A stretch of DNA of 64,000 nucleotides from an uncultured Acidobacteriota bacterium (GTDB lineage Bacteria > Acidobacteriota > Thermoanaerobaculia > Multivoradales > JAHEKO01). Position numbers and translations under genes: made by a program. The notes under the pieces are model-generated. The model was not told the origin of the DNA and did not search any database. It saw nothing but the letters and a program-made list of their open reading frames with translations. Location: assembly GCA_963707075.1 (NCBI GenBank), contig CAVPOX010000022.1, forward strand, positions 32,076 to 96,075, given 5' to 3'. Shown here in pieces: positions 30,135-39,587 of the stretch (its first letter is position 1; each line of letters begins with the position of its first letter).

Positions 30135-31622
30135 TTAGAAGCGGAACGTCGCAACAAACTGCAACTGGCTAGCCGTCGCCCGCTGTCGATCCTGATTCTC
30201 ACGACTGCCCCACAGGTACTCGATGCCGAGGTCGATCTCGGCAATGGGCGACCACAGAAAATTCGCCGACGCCCGCTGGGTGCTGCGATAGAAATCGTCA
30301 GGCAGGAAGTCCAGATCGTCTACCAGGACGTAGCCGTAGACAAACGTCGAACGAACCGCCTTGAACAGACCAAGAGGGTTTCGTTTCCACCAGTGCTGGA
30401 AGGCACCGTAGAAGGCCAGGACGTCGAGCGTATGCAACTTGAACTCCTCATCGAAGACACCGTCGAAGTCCCCTGACGTGCCGAGATCGTTGATGTATCG
30501 GCCCAGACCGTCACCCAGATTGACTTGAAACTTGAAATTATCCCGCCTGTCCCACCTCTTCACGGCGAGGTTGCCACTGAATGTCAGGCCCCAACCGAAA
30601 GCCGAGTCCGAGAGATCCCGCAACTCGTTGCCTTCTCCGTCGGTCGGCACTCCCACGATGCTGCGCAGAATGGCACCGAGCTGCAGGTGACCCCACTCTG
30701 CCTTCTTCGAGATTCGCGCCACCGTGTCTGGGAACTTGCTGATTCCCACCCCACCCGTGACGTCGGGGTTGGGATCCTCGAAAGCGATAACAACAGGTCG
30801 CCGCTTTCCCAGCCCCCTGGTGAATCGCAGCTCGGGCTGCCGGACATTGATCTGAGCGTTCAAGCCTTCGAAGTCGACATCCTCGGGAATGGCCGCTGTG
30901 TCCATCAAGGTAGACCAGGTCTGGCCCAGCAGGAAGCGGTTGTACTGCCCGTAGGCATGACGCAGGCGGAGCACATCGGAGCTCCCGGCCGAGCCGGCGA
31001 AGTCTCCCTCGACAAACGCGCGGAACTGGCCAACGCTGGAGTCGAGTCGCATATCCCAGTTCAGCCGCGAGCGCTTTGCCGAGATGACAAAACCCTCATT
31101 GGCAATGAGATCGACCGAGCTCTCTCCCACAGGAATCAGGCCGGCGACGAAGCGATCGGTCGAACCGATCGGGTCCAGACTATCCACCACTCCGATACGG
31201 ACATTGCCGCCAAACTTCTGCGCCATACCCGTGCCCGGGACCCGAATCGAACCTGGAAAATCCCCGGCTGTGAGAACGTTCTCGGGAGTATCCGGGGGAT
31301 TGGCGATCTCCTCCTCCACCCGCGACAGACGGTCTCGGAGGGCGATCTCTTCCTCGGAAAGCTCCGGAGCTTGACCGCTGCCCGACATCGTCAACTGATC
31401 GAGTTGCGTCTTCAGGCTTCTGATGGCCTCGGTCTGATCCTCGATAGTCTTGCTTTGCTGCTCCAGCAGCTCCTGTTGCTTTCTTACCTGCTCCTGCAGC
31501 TGCAGCACCAGCTTCTGCAGGTCACTCTGCGAGAGCGGTTCATCGTCCTGGGCATTGACAGCTCCCGTGAGGACAGCTCCGACAGCGAGGATGATGATGC
31601 TGATGATGAGTTTTCGAAACAT
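30135..31622 (-). CDS. DcaP-family outer membrane porin
   Basis: Signal peptide, N-terminal coiled coil, GDFPGSIRVPGT, FVEGDF, LRLRHAYG, GQTWST and a C-terminal Phe (ATFRF). Confidence 0.85.
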   Translation of the reverse strand: MFRKLIISIIILAVGAVLTGAVNAQDDEPLSQSDLQKLVLQLQEQVRKQQELLEQQSKTIEDQTEAIRSLKTQLDQLTMSGSGQAPELSEEEIALRDRLSRVEEEIANPPDTPENVLTAGDFPGSIRVPGTGMAQKFGGNVRIGVVDSLDPIGSTDRFVAGLIPVGESSVDLIANEGFVISAKRSRLNWDMRLDSSVGQFRAFVEGDFAGSAGSSDVLRLRHAYGQYNRFLLGQTWSTLMDTAAIPEDVDFEGLNAQINVRQPELRFTRGLGKRRPVVIAFEDPNPDVTGGVGISKFPDTVARISKKAEWGHLQLGAILRSIVGVPTDGEGNELRDLSDSAFGWGLTFSGNLAVKRWDRRDNFKFQVNLGDGLGRYINDLGTSGDFDGVFDEEFKLHTLDVLAFYGAFQHWWKRNPLGLFKAVRSTFVYGYVLVDDLDFLPDDFYRSTQRASANFLWSPIAEIDLGIEYLWGSRENQDRQRATASQLQFVATFRF

Positions 31623-31757
31623 CGCCTGGCGCTTCTCGAACCGATACGACCAATTATGTCCGATCACGCCGTCTGTTCGAAAACACCGCGCAATTGAGAG
31701 ATCGCAAGCGCCCAGGCCAGTCACTGCAGCAGGTTGCCAGCGGCGTGGGGCCGCCGC

Positions 31758-32828
31758 CTACGAGGTTGCCGGGATGGCACCCTCGACATAGAGAGTCTGC
31801 GTCGGAAACGCGAACTCGATGCCCTCTTCCGCGAAGCGCTGCATCAGTTCCAGGTTGACGGCCTGTTGGATTGCCATCTTGGTGGCGAAGTCGGGCACCA
31901 GGACGAAGTAGACGGTTTCGAAGATCAAGGCCGAATCACCGAACTCCTTGAAATGTGAGCGGTCGAAACGAACATTGTCCTGCGCCTCGATGATCCCCTG
32001 GATGATGCCTGGGATCATCGATGCTTGTTCCTTCGAAGTGTCATACGTGACGCCGACGGTGAAATTGGCCCGGCGCTCGGTCAACCGACCGAAGTTCTGG
32101 ATGCGGCTGCTCACCAGATCGCTGTTGCCGAAGATCAGCTCTTCCCCAGTGAGACTCCGCAGCCGAGTCGTCTTCATCCCGATGGTCTCGACCGTTCCCA
32201 TTTGATCACCGACCTTGAGGTAGTCCCCGATGACAAAGGGCCTGTCGATGTAGATGGAGAAGGCCGCAAACAGATCGCTCAGGATGTTCTGAGCCGCAAG
32301 GGCGACCGCAATACCGCCGATGCCCAGACCGGTCACCAGGCCGGTCACATCGACTCCGATGTTCTCCAGACCGACCAGCAGGGCTGCGGTCCAGATGAGA
32401 ACTCTGCCAATCCACTCGACCCCGCCGAGCCAGGTGAGAACCTCTCCCTTCCTGGCCGATTTCTCGCGCAGGATCTCCAGCCACTCGAGCAGCAGCGTGG
32501 TTGCCCAGATGCCCACTTGCAGGACCACAATCAAGATGGCGACTCTTCCCAACGTCGTGACCAGACGATCCGGCAGCACCAGTACCCTGGACCCTGCCCA
32601 GAGTGCGATGGCGAGGACAAAGAGGCGCTTCGTCTTGCCGAGAACCCTGACGATGAGATTGTCCAGCTCCGTATCCGTGGTCTTGGCGAACGTCTTCCAC
32701 CGATTCAGCACGAACTGCTTGATTGGGACCAGGGCCACCACAACGGCAAGGGCGACCGCCACAGCGATCAACCATCGCGAGACGGAGTTGCCCAGCCAGA
32801 CGTAATCGAGAAAAGAGCTCGGTGTCAT
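31758..32828 (-). CDS. Small-conductance mechanosensitive channel (MscS family)
   Basis: GLGIGGIAVALAAQNILSDLF, DRPFVIGD, IGMKTTRLRSLTGE and GIEFAFPTQT. Confidence 0.93.
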   Translation of the reverse strand: MTPSSFLDYVWLGNSVSRWLIAVAVALAVVVALVPIKQFVLNRWKTFAKTTDTELDNLIVRVLGKTKRLFVLAIALWAGSRVLVLPDRLVTTLGRVAILIVVLQVGIWATTLLLEWLEILREKSARKGEVLTWLGGVEWIGRVLIWTAALLVGLENIGVDVTGLVTGLGIGGIAVALAAQNILSDLFAAFSIYIDRPFVIGDYLKVGDQMGTVETIGMKTTRLRSLTGEELIFGNSDLVSSRIQNFGRLTERRANFTVGVTYDTSKEQASMIPGIIQGIIEAQDNVRFDRSHFKEFGDSALIFETVYFVLVPDFATKMAIQQAVNLELMQRFAEEGIEFAFPTQTLYVEGAIPATS

Positions 32829-32847
32829 CGCTATCTACCTTCCTTGT

Positions 32848-34524
32848 TCAATCGTGCCCCAGTTCGGCCAGCTCGAAACCAAGAGCCCTGGCCAGCTTGC
32901 CGTCGAGGCCGTAGATGTCATCGTAGAAATGAACATGATCTTCGAGCATGTCCACCACCGCGGTCGAGTAGAGAATGTAGACCGGGATGTGCCGCGAAAC
33001 CATGACCCGGGTGGGGCTGCCCTGGCTCATTGCGCGCTCGACGGCACTCCGGTCCCACTCGGGTTGATCGGAGAGGACCCATTCGGCCAGTTCTACCGGC
33101 TTGGCAACTCGAATACACCCGTGGCTGAAATCACGCCGGGCCCTTGCGAAAAGGCCCTTCGCAGGGGTGCTGTGCAGATAGACGTTGTACTCGTTGGGAA
33201 AGATGAACTTCACTTCTCCCAGCGCGTTCTTCGGCCCGGGGCGCTGACGCAACAGTAGCTGCCCCGTTTTGACCTTCTCGAGGTTTTCGGCCGTGGGCGG
33301 CAGGGATCCGGGATCGTTGGTGAATTGCCTGACGATCTCGTAGCCCTGCTCCTCGAGGTAGCCAGGCTCATCGAGGTGTGGCGCGATCTCTCCCCGGACG
33401 ATGCTCCGTGGGATGTTCCAGTAGGGACGAAACTCGAGGTACTGCAGATCACCCTTGAAGATCGGCGTCCGGTAGCGCGCGTAGGACTTGCCGACGACGA
33501 CCCGCGAATCCAGAATACCGGCACTCGGATCCCCGAGGTCGTTCATCGCCCGCAGAGAAAAGGCCGGCACCAGCACCGCGATCAACCGGGTCTCCAGACG
33601 ATCGGGAATCCAGCGCCACCGCTCGAGGCCCACGGCGAGCTGGCTGGCCCGATCGTCCCAGCTACGATTGAGCTGGGCGAAGGAGTGCTTGCCCAGAATA
33701 CCGTCGATCTCGAGGCCATGGCGTTCCTGAAAGCGCTCGACGGCGGCTACCAGGGTCTCGTCGTAGACCGCCCCGGCGCTGACAGAATCCACATTGAGAT
33801 CACGCGTCAGTCGCAAGCGGTGGTGCAGAAGATCGGCCTCGGGATAGAGATCACCGGGATGGATGACCTGTGCGTCGTCCAGTGGGCGCCAATCCTCGTC
33901 GGCCGCCAGACGACGATAGTAGGCAAGTTCTTCTCGTAGTCGAGAGTAGCCCACGTGCTGGGGGGCATAGGCATCCAGCGCCAGGGAGGGATCCATCGCG
34001 CCCTCCACCTTACGAAGCTCCGCCGCCAGATCGAGCTGGCGATGGGTGATGTCCAATCCGAGCTCGAGCTGTTGCGGACTGAATCGCCCCTGGTGAAGGT
34101 CTTTGATGTAGCGCATGGTCGACCCCGAGAGCGCCACATCGAGCCGCGCCAGACTGACGGGATCGCCAGGCTCATTGCCGACAAGCCCCATTCCCGGTAG
34201 GAGGACTCTTGCCAGGTAGTCCCCCGGCCGCAGGCCGTGACTGTCCGAGATCTCCAGGGCACCGAGAATCGCAATGGCTGGCTGGCTCAATCGGCCATCG
34301 ACGATCCAGACCGGCTCGAAATCGCGAGCGCTATAGAACCTGGTCACCCCCTCCAGAAGCAATTCGAAGTCCCGGAACCGCTTGATGGACTCGGGGATGG
34401 AACCTCCGGACAACAGCGCTTCGATCTCCGGTTTCAGGTCCGAAGCGGAAGCCTCGACCGCCGGCCCCAGAGCAGCCAACACGAGGAGCCACCCGGCAAC
34501 CCGATTCAATCGAGCAGGACTCAT
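32848..34524 (-). CDS. L,D-transpeptidase (YcbB/LdtD-like)
   Basis: Scaffold domain, PG-binding AVERFQERHGL, PYWNIP and catalytic VYLHSTP...FSHGCIRV. Confidence 0.92.
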   Translation of the reverse strand: MSPARLNRVAGWLLVLAALGPAVEASASDLKPEIEALLSGGSIPESIKRFRDFELLLEGVTRFYSARDFEPVWIVDGRLSQPAIAILGALEISDSHGLRPGDYLARVLLPGMGLVGNEPGDPVSLARLDVALSGSTMRYIKDLHQGRFSPQQLELGLDITHRQLDLAAELRKVEGAMDPSLALDAYAPQHVGYSRLREELAYYRRLAADEDWRPLDDAQVIHPGDLYPEADLLHHRLRLTRDLNVDSVSAGAVYDETLVAAVERFQERHGLEIDGILGKHSFAQLNRSWDDRASQLAVGLERWRWIPDRLETRLIAVLVPAFSLRAMNDLGDPSAGILDSRVVVGKSYARYRTPIFKGDLQYLEFRPYWNIPRSIVRGEIAPHLDEPGYLEEQGYEIVRQFTNDPGSLPPTAENLEKVKTGQLLLRQRPGPKNALGEVKFIFPNEYNVYLHSTPAKGLFARARRDFSHGCIRVAKPVELAEWVLSDQPEWDRSAVERAMSQGSPTRVMVSRHIPVYILYSTAVVDMLEDHVHFYDDIYGLDGKLARALGFELAELGHD

Positions 34525-34660
34525 GGCGGGATTCTATGCTCTGCCCGTTGGCAGCCCGGGCATCGGCACCAGGACGGCCGGCACCCTGGCCGGCCGCTGC
34601 GCCCGCCACGCTTCGACTTCTGTCGCGGCGGCACTCTGTGCCCGCCCTGGGTCGATCAAC

Positions 34661-35413
34661 TCAATAGAAACTGTAGTTGAACGCAAACACCGGACCTGCC
34701 TGTCGCAGGTCGAGCACGAACAGGTCGTCCTGGTTTTCGTAGTCGATATCGAACCATCGGTAACCCAGAATGAGTGCAATGCGGCTGGTGGCCTTGAAAT
34801 GGCTCAGAAGCACCACATTCCAGGTCAGGTCCGAGCTGCTGGAGATACCGAAGCCTGCCAGGTCGCCACGCGCGGAGAACCCCCAGCGCTCGCCAAAAGT
34901 CGCTTCATAGCGACCGCCGATCATGAGATCGGTCCAACTCTGACTCCCGGTGCCCCTGAAAGGCCCTGGCGGATCCGTCGGTGGCCTGAGGTCCAGGGTC
35001 AGGTCGATATCGGTATAGCGCAAACCAGCCAGGATCTGGAGGTTGTCGCCAATTCTGTAGGTACCCGCACCCTCCAGGTAGATGATGTCCAGGTCGTACT
35101 CGCCGAGGTTGTCGTCGAAGTTCCTGCCAGAGCTCGAGAAGAACACATCTCCGAAATACCCCCAACGGCTCTCCCGTTTGGCAGCTTCGAAGTGACCCGC
35201 GGCCGACATTTCGAGATCTTCCAGAATATCGCTGAAGCTGACGTCGATATCTGCCTCCTGACCTCTGACCACTGTTCTTCCGTCCATCCCCAAAGCAAAA
35301 ACATACATTGCCAGGTCATAGTCCCAGCCCGATGCGACGACTGGCTTTGCCGGGATCGTCAGAGCCGAAAGCATCACGGCGATTCCGAAGTACTTCATGG
35401 ACTGCCTTCTCAT
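34661..35413 (-). CDS. Outer-membrane beta-barrel protein
   Basis: Signal peptide, amphipathic strands (RGDLAGFG, LGYRWFDIDY) and an aromatic C-terminus (FNYSFY). Confidence 0.75.
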   Translation of the reverse strand: MRRQSMKYFGIAVMLSALTIPAKPVVASGWDYDLAMYVFALGMDGRTVVRGQEADIDVSFSDILEDLEMSAAGHFEAAKRESRWGYFGDVFFSSSGRNFDDNLGEYDLDIIYLEGAGTYRIGDNLQILAGLRYTDIDLTLDLRPPTDPPGPFRGTGSQSWTDLMIGGRYEATFGERWGFSARGDLAGFGISSSSDLTWNVVLLSHFKATSRIALILGYRWFDIDYENQDDLFVLDLRQAGPVFAFNYSFY

Positions 35414-35481
35414 GACTTCACTCCATTCTCTTCATTCGCTCGAGCAGGGATGCTGGCCGGTTCGTTTCAGCCAAGCGTTCG

Positions 35482-36075
35482 CTAGGCGCCTTTGATGGAT
35501 TCGATCGCGTCCTCGGCCTTACCGGAGTATTTGCGACCCATCCAGCCCAACATGGTCATCGCCATACCACTGAAGATCAACTTGACCCCCACCAGAATGC
35601 CGATAGCCCACAGGCCCGAGATCGGCCACTGCCTCCAGATCATGAAACCCAGGAGAATCGAGACAATGCCACCGAAGAGCATCCAGCCCCAGCCATCGAT
35701 CGGCTTGAGTTGAAAAGCCTCGATGATCTCGAAGATGCCGTCGACGATAAAGAAGGCGGCCAAGAAAAGGGCCAACGATGCCAATGCCACACCCGGATTC
35801 GTCACCATGTAAAAACCAACGATGAGGGTCAGCAAGCCGAGCAGGAAGGCCAGAATCCCCTTGCCCCATGACTGAGCCTTGAATGCAAAAATTCCTCGCG
35901 CCACTCCCGCGATGATGAGCAGAATGCCGATCATGACCGCAACGGTCATGCCGGTCATACCTGGCGCCATCATGGCGAACACTCCGAGAATCACCGTCAG
36001 GACACCCAGGATCACGAGCATTGTCGAGTCCTTCTTGACCGCATGAGCTACCGGTGCAGCTACCGCATCAGCCAT
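35482..36075 (-). CDS. HdeD/DUF308 family membrane protein
   Basis: Six TMs with repeated GILL/GLL patterns, GWGWMLFGGIVSILLG and WPISGLWAIGILVG. Confidence 0.88.
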   Translation of the reverse strand: MADAVAAPVAHAVKKDSTMLVILGVLTVILGVFAMMAPGMTGMTVAVMIGILLIIAGVARGIFAFKAQSWGKGILAFLLGLLTLIVGFYMVTNPGVALASLALFLAAFFIVDGIFEIIEAFQLKPIDGWGWMLFGGIVSILLGFMIWRQWPISGLWAIGILVGVKLIFSGMAMTMLGWMGRKYSGKAEDAIESIKGA

Positions 36076-36194
36076 CTCTCTCCTCCTTTGCCTTGTACTG
36101 GCAAGTGATCAATTCGCGATGTCTGCGACATTACTACAATTGACAAGGGTCTCACTACGCGGTTCCATTCCGTCGCGCCTCGCAGCCGGACCGC

Positions 36195-36965
36195 TCACAG
36201 CTTCTCGGGCAGGCAGGCTGCGCTCCAATTCCAAAGGGTGAGACGCGGCTCACGCTCCTCGACAGCCAGGGCCCCGGCAAAGCCGGGCCCGGGTTCGAAT
36301 CGGTGCGCATACCAGGGTGAGACGCGCTCTCCACTCTGGTTACTGACGATGATGGCCGAGTCAGCACCAGGCTCGAGTTGCACATCGAAACGGGAAAGCC
36401 CAAAGGTAATTCCCCCGCCGTGAGCCTTCACGAAGGCCTCCTTGCAAGTCCAGAGCGCGAAAAAGTACTGGCCCTGCTCGGTTTCTGGAAGACTCCGGAG
36501 CTTGGCCGACTCCGACGCCGAGAAGAATCTCGTCGCGATCTCTGTCTGTTCGAGGTTGGTCCGAGTCTTCTCCACATCGACACCGAGCTCACTGCCGAAT
36601 CTGAAGGCGAAGAGACCCAGATCGTGAGAATGGCTCACGTTGAATTGCAGACCACTCGTCGCAGCCTCGCCTGCCAGAAATGGCTTCTCATGCTCGCCGT
36701 ACCGAAACTGCAGAGAGCCCGGACTCTGGCTCAAGAAGATGCCAAGCAGGGAACGCAGGATCCCTCTGGCCACAACATACCGATGACGCAGCTCGTCGGT
36801 GGCAAACCTCGAGGCTCTCTCCAGCTCATCCTGACTGAGAGCCATGGTCAGCCGCGCACGTAGCGCGGCTGGCAGATCGAGAGAAGATCGCCACACCTGG
36901 ACTTCGTGGTCGCCGAGGCGCGGCTGTCTGGCGCCTGACTTCCAGCGGCTTGACTCCGGGCTCAT
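36195..36965 (-). CDS. Sfp-type 4'-phosphopantetheinyl transferase
   Basis: LSQDELERASRF, FNVSHS, LGVDVE and WTCKEAFVKA. Confidence 0.92.
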   Translation of the reverse strand: MSPESSRWKSGARQPRLGDHEVQVWRSSLDLPAALRARLTMALSQDELERASRFATDELRHRYVVARGILRSLLGIFLSQSPGSLQFRYGEHEKPFLAGEAATSGLQFNVSHSHDLGLFAFRFGSELGVDVEKTRTNLEQTEIATRFFSASESAKLRSLPETEQGQYFFALWTCKEAFVKAHGGGITFGLSRFDVQLEPGADSAIIVSNQSGERVSPWYAHRFEPGPGFAGALAVEEREPRLTLWNWSAACLPEKL

Positions 36966-37088
36966 GATCGGGCCATTCTAGCCAGGTACCTATCGTATGC
37001 CTCGTTCCCTCATGCGCAAACTCTCGACTTGTCTGACGGAGGGTCAGGGGCTGTCTGCCTGGGAACAGAGACGGGGTGTAGAGATTTC

Positions 37089-39287
37089 ATGAGCTCGAGA
37101 CGCGGGCCGCGCAGATCGGAGCCCTCCATCAACGGCCCCGGACTTGGCACCTTCCTCGGTGTCTACACTCCGACGCTTCTCACCATTCTGGGTGTCGTGC
37201 TCTTTCTGCGCACGGGCTGGGTGGTCGGCAACGTCGGTCTGGTCCCCGCTCTGACTATCGTCGTGCTGGCGCACTTCATCACCGTCAGTACCTCCCTCTC
37301 GGTGTCGGCAATCTCGACCAATATGCATGTCAGAGCCGGCGGTGCCTACTACATGATCTCGCGCTCCCTGGGCCTCGAGATCGGCGGCGCCATCGGCGTC
37401 CCGTTGTTCCTCGCCCAGACCTTCTCGGTGACCCTCTACGCCTTTGGTCTGGCCGAGACCCTGCGCATCTTTTGGCCAGAGCTGCCGATGCAGGCCACAG
37501 CTGCGGCCACAGTCGTCGCGGTTTCGCTCCTCTCAGCCCGTGGAGCCGACTTCGCGCTCAAGCTGCAGATCCCGATCCTGGCCGCCATCGGGCTGGCTCT
37601 GGCCTCGCTCTTTGTCGGCATCAGCGCCAACCCCAAAGACACCCTTCCTCTGTGGTCCGGAATCGAGACCGCCGAGCCCTTCTGGGTTGTCTTTGCCGTC
37701 TTCTTCCCAGCCGTCACCGGCATCATGGCCGGCATCAGTCTGTCGGGCGATCTGGCCGAGCCCAGCAAAAGCATTCCACGAGGGACCCTGGCTGCGGTGA
37801 CCACGGGCTTCCTCGTCTACATTGGAGTCGTCATCGCCCTGGCACTCGCCGCCGACCCGACGGAACTGGCCCAGGACAGCCTCATCTGGTTCAACGTCGC
37901 AGCCGTTTCCTGGCTCGTCTTTCCAGGACTCTTCGGAGCCATCTTCTCCTCCGCTGTCGGTAGCATTCTCGGGGCTCCCAGAACGTTCACCGCTCTGGTC
38001 GAGGATCGCGTGATTCCCGGACCGACCCATCTCTGGAAGAAGCGCTGGGCCGGCATCGATCTACCTCTGGTTCTGTCGGCTGGCACTGCCCTCGGCGCAG
38101 TCGCCCTTGGCGACCTGAACGCAGTGGCCCCGGTCCTGACGATGTTCTTCCTCACCACCTATGGTGCGGTCAATCTCGTCGCGGGCCTGGAGCAACTGAG
38201 CGGTGCGCCGTCCTATCGCCCCAGCATCCGCGTCCCCTGGGCCATTTCGCTGGCCGGCGCACTCGGCTGCATCTGGGTCATGTTCCTCATCCAGCCGATC
38301 GCGGCGGTCGTCGCAGTCGTGCTGGAAGTCCTGATCTATGTCGGCATGCGACGCAGAGCGCTCACCGCTTCCTGGGGTGATATGCGGTATGGCGCGCTGA
38401 TGTCGCTGGCCAGGGCAACTCTGATCAGGCTCAGGGACCTGCCGGTCGACCCACGGAACTGGCGACCCCACATCCTGCTGTTTGCCGCCGATCCGGTCAA
38501 GGAGCTCGATCTCATCCGCTTCTCGAGCTGGCTCAATCAGGATCGCGGCATCCTGACGGTCTGCCAGCTGGTCATCGGCAGCCTCCAAGATCATGCCGAT
38601 ACCGTACCCGAGCGCACCGCTCGCATCGATCGGCAACTGACCGACGAGGGCATCGTTGCTTTTGCGGAGGTCGACGTCGCTGGCGAATTCCGCCAAGGGG
38701 TGCTGGCCATCTGTCAAGCCAACGGTATCGCCGGGTTGACGTCCAACACCGTGATGCTTGGCTGGGCCGATGATCCCGACCGCATGGCCGCCAACCTGAT
38801 GCTGGTCGAGAGGCTCGCGCTACTTGGCAAGTCGACCCTGTTGTGCCGCATCGCACCGCGCAACTGGGGCACCAAGATACGCCGCATCGATGTCTGGTGG
38901 GGCGGTCTTCAGCACAACGGCGACATGCTGTTGCTGTTCGCCCACCTACTGTCCATGAACCGGGTCTGGGCCGATGCCAGGATCGTCGTCAAGTCGGTGA
39001 CCACCTCGCAGATGAGCTATGACCAGTCTGTCTCGAATCTGACCGACCTGATCGAGCGAGCACGAATCCAGGCCGAGACCCGCGTCTTCAAAAGGCCTGA
39101 AAACGAGACCGTCCAGGAGATCATCCACCGCGAGTCGAAGGACGCCGATGTCGTGTTCATGGGTCTGCGAGCACCCAAAGCCGGTACCGAAGCAGAGGTC
39201 GTCCGCCGCACAGGCGAGCTCATTGGCGACCTGCCAACCGTCATCCTGGTTCACGCCGCCGGACCCTTCGTCGGGCAACTCATCTGA
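37089..39287 (+). CDS. Cation-chloride cotransporter (SLC12-like) amino-acid permease family protein
   Basis: GVYTPTLLTILGVVLFLR, GGAYYMISRSLGLEIGG, FFPAVTGIMAG, NWRPHIL and IDVWW in the C-terminal domain. Confidence 0.88.
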   Translation: MSSRRGPRRSEPSINGPGLGTFLGVYTPTLLTILGVVLFLRTGWVVGNVGLVPALTIVVLAHFITVSTSLSVSAISTNMHVRAGGAYYMISRSLGLEIGGAIGVPLFLAQTFSVTLYAFGLAETLRIFWPELPMQATAAATVVAVSLLSARGADFALKLQIPILAAIGLALASLFVGISANPKDTLPLWSGIETAEPFWVVFAVFFPAVTGIMAGISLSGDLAEPSKSIPRGTLAAVTTGFLVYIGVVIALALAADPTELAQDSLIWFNVAAVSWLVFPGLFGAIFSSAVGSILGAPRTFTALVEDRVIPGPTHLWKKRWAGIDLPLVLSAGTALGAVALGDLNAVAPVLTMFFLTTYGAVNLVAGLEQLSGAPSYRPSIRVPWAISLAGALGCIWVMFLIQPIAAVVAVVLEVLIYVGMRRRALTASWGDMRYGALMSLARATLIRLRDLPVDPRNWRPHILLFAADPVKELDLIRFSSWLNQDRGILTVCQLVIGSLQDHADTVPERTARIDRQLTDEGIVAFAEVDVAGEFRQGVLAICQANGIAGLTSNTVMLGWADDPDRMAANLMLVERLALLGKSTLLCRIAPRNWGTKIRRIDVWWGGLQHNGDMLLLFAHLLSMNRVWADARIVVKSVTTSQMSYDQSVSNLTDLIERARIQAETRVFKRPENETVQEIIHRESKDADVVFMGLRAPKAGTEAEVVRRTGELIGDLPTVILVHAAGPFVGQLI

Positions 39288-39450
39288 GCGCGACTCCCGA
39301 AGCCAGAGACGGTCGAGCTCGTCGCGGCAGCCGCTTGACCCGTTCCCGCAACCGGCAAGAGAACCCGCTGGATCTGGCCGAGCTCCGTTGGCGAGGAAAC
39401 GGAGATTGGCGAAGCGGAGCGAAGGAATCCTGGCTTTGCGCGGCCAAGCT

Positions 39451-39478
39451 TGAATCCTTTTGCTGTCACCAGGTCTCT
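39451..39478 (+). promoter_or_regulatory. Putative ECF sigma promoter, copy 1
   Basis: TGAATCCTT-N13-GTCTCT upstream of the FG-GAP gene; same motif and spacing as 40786-40813. Confidence 0.55.
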
Positions 39479-39587
39479 CCCGGGATAGAGAAGCTCCCTT
39501 GCAGGACGGCGCCAGGTGTCCATGGTAGAAACGGTCTCTTGTCGCCGCCGCCAAGCGACCGAACCTGTTCAGAGAGGAGAATAGCCA

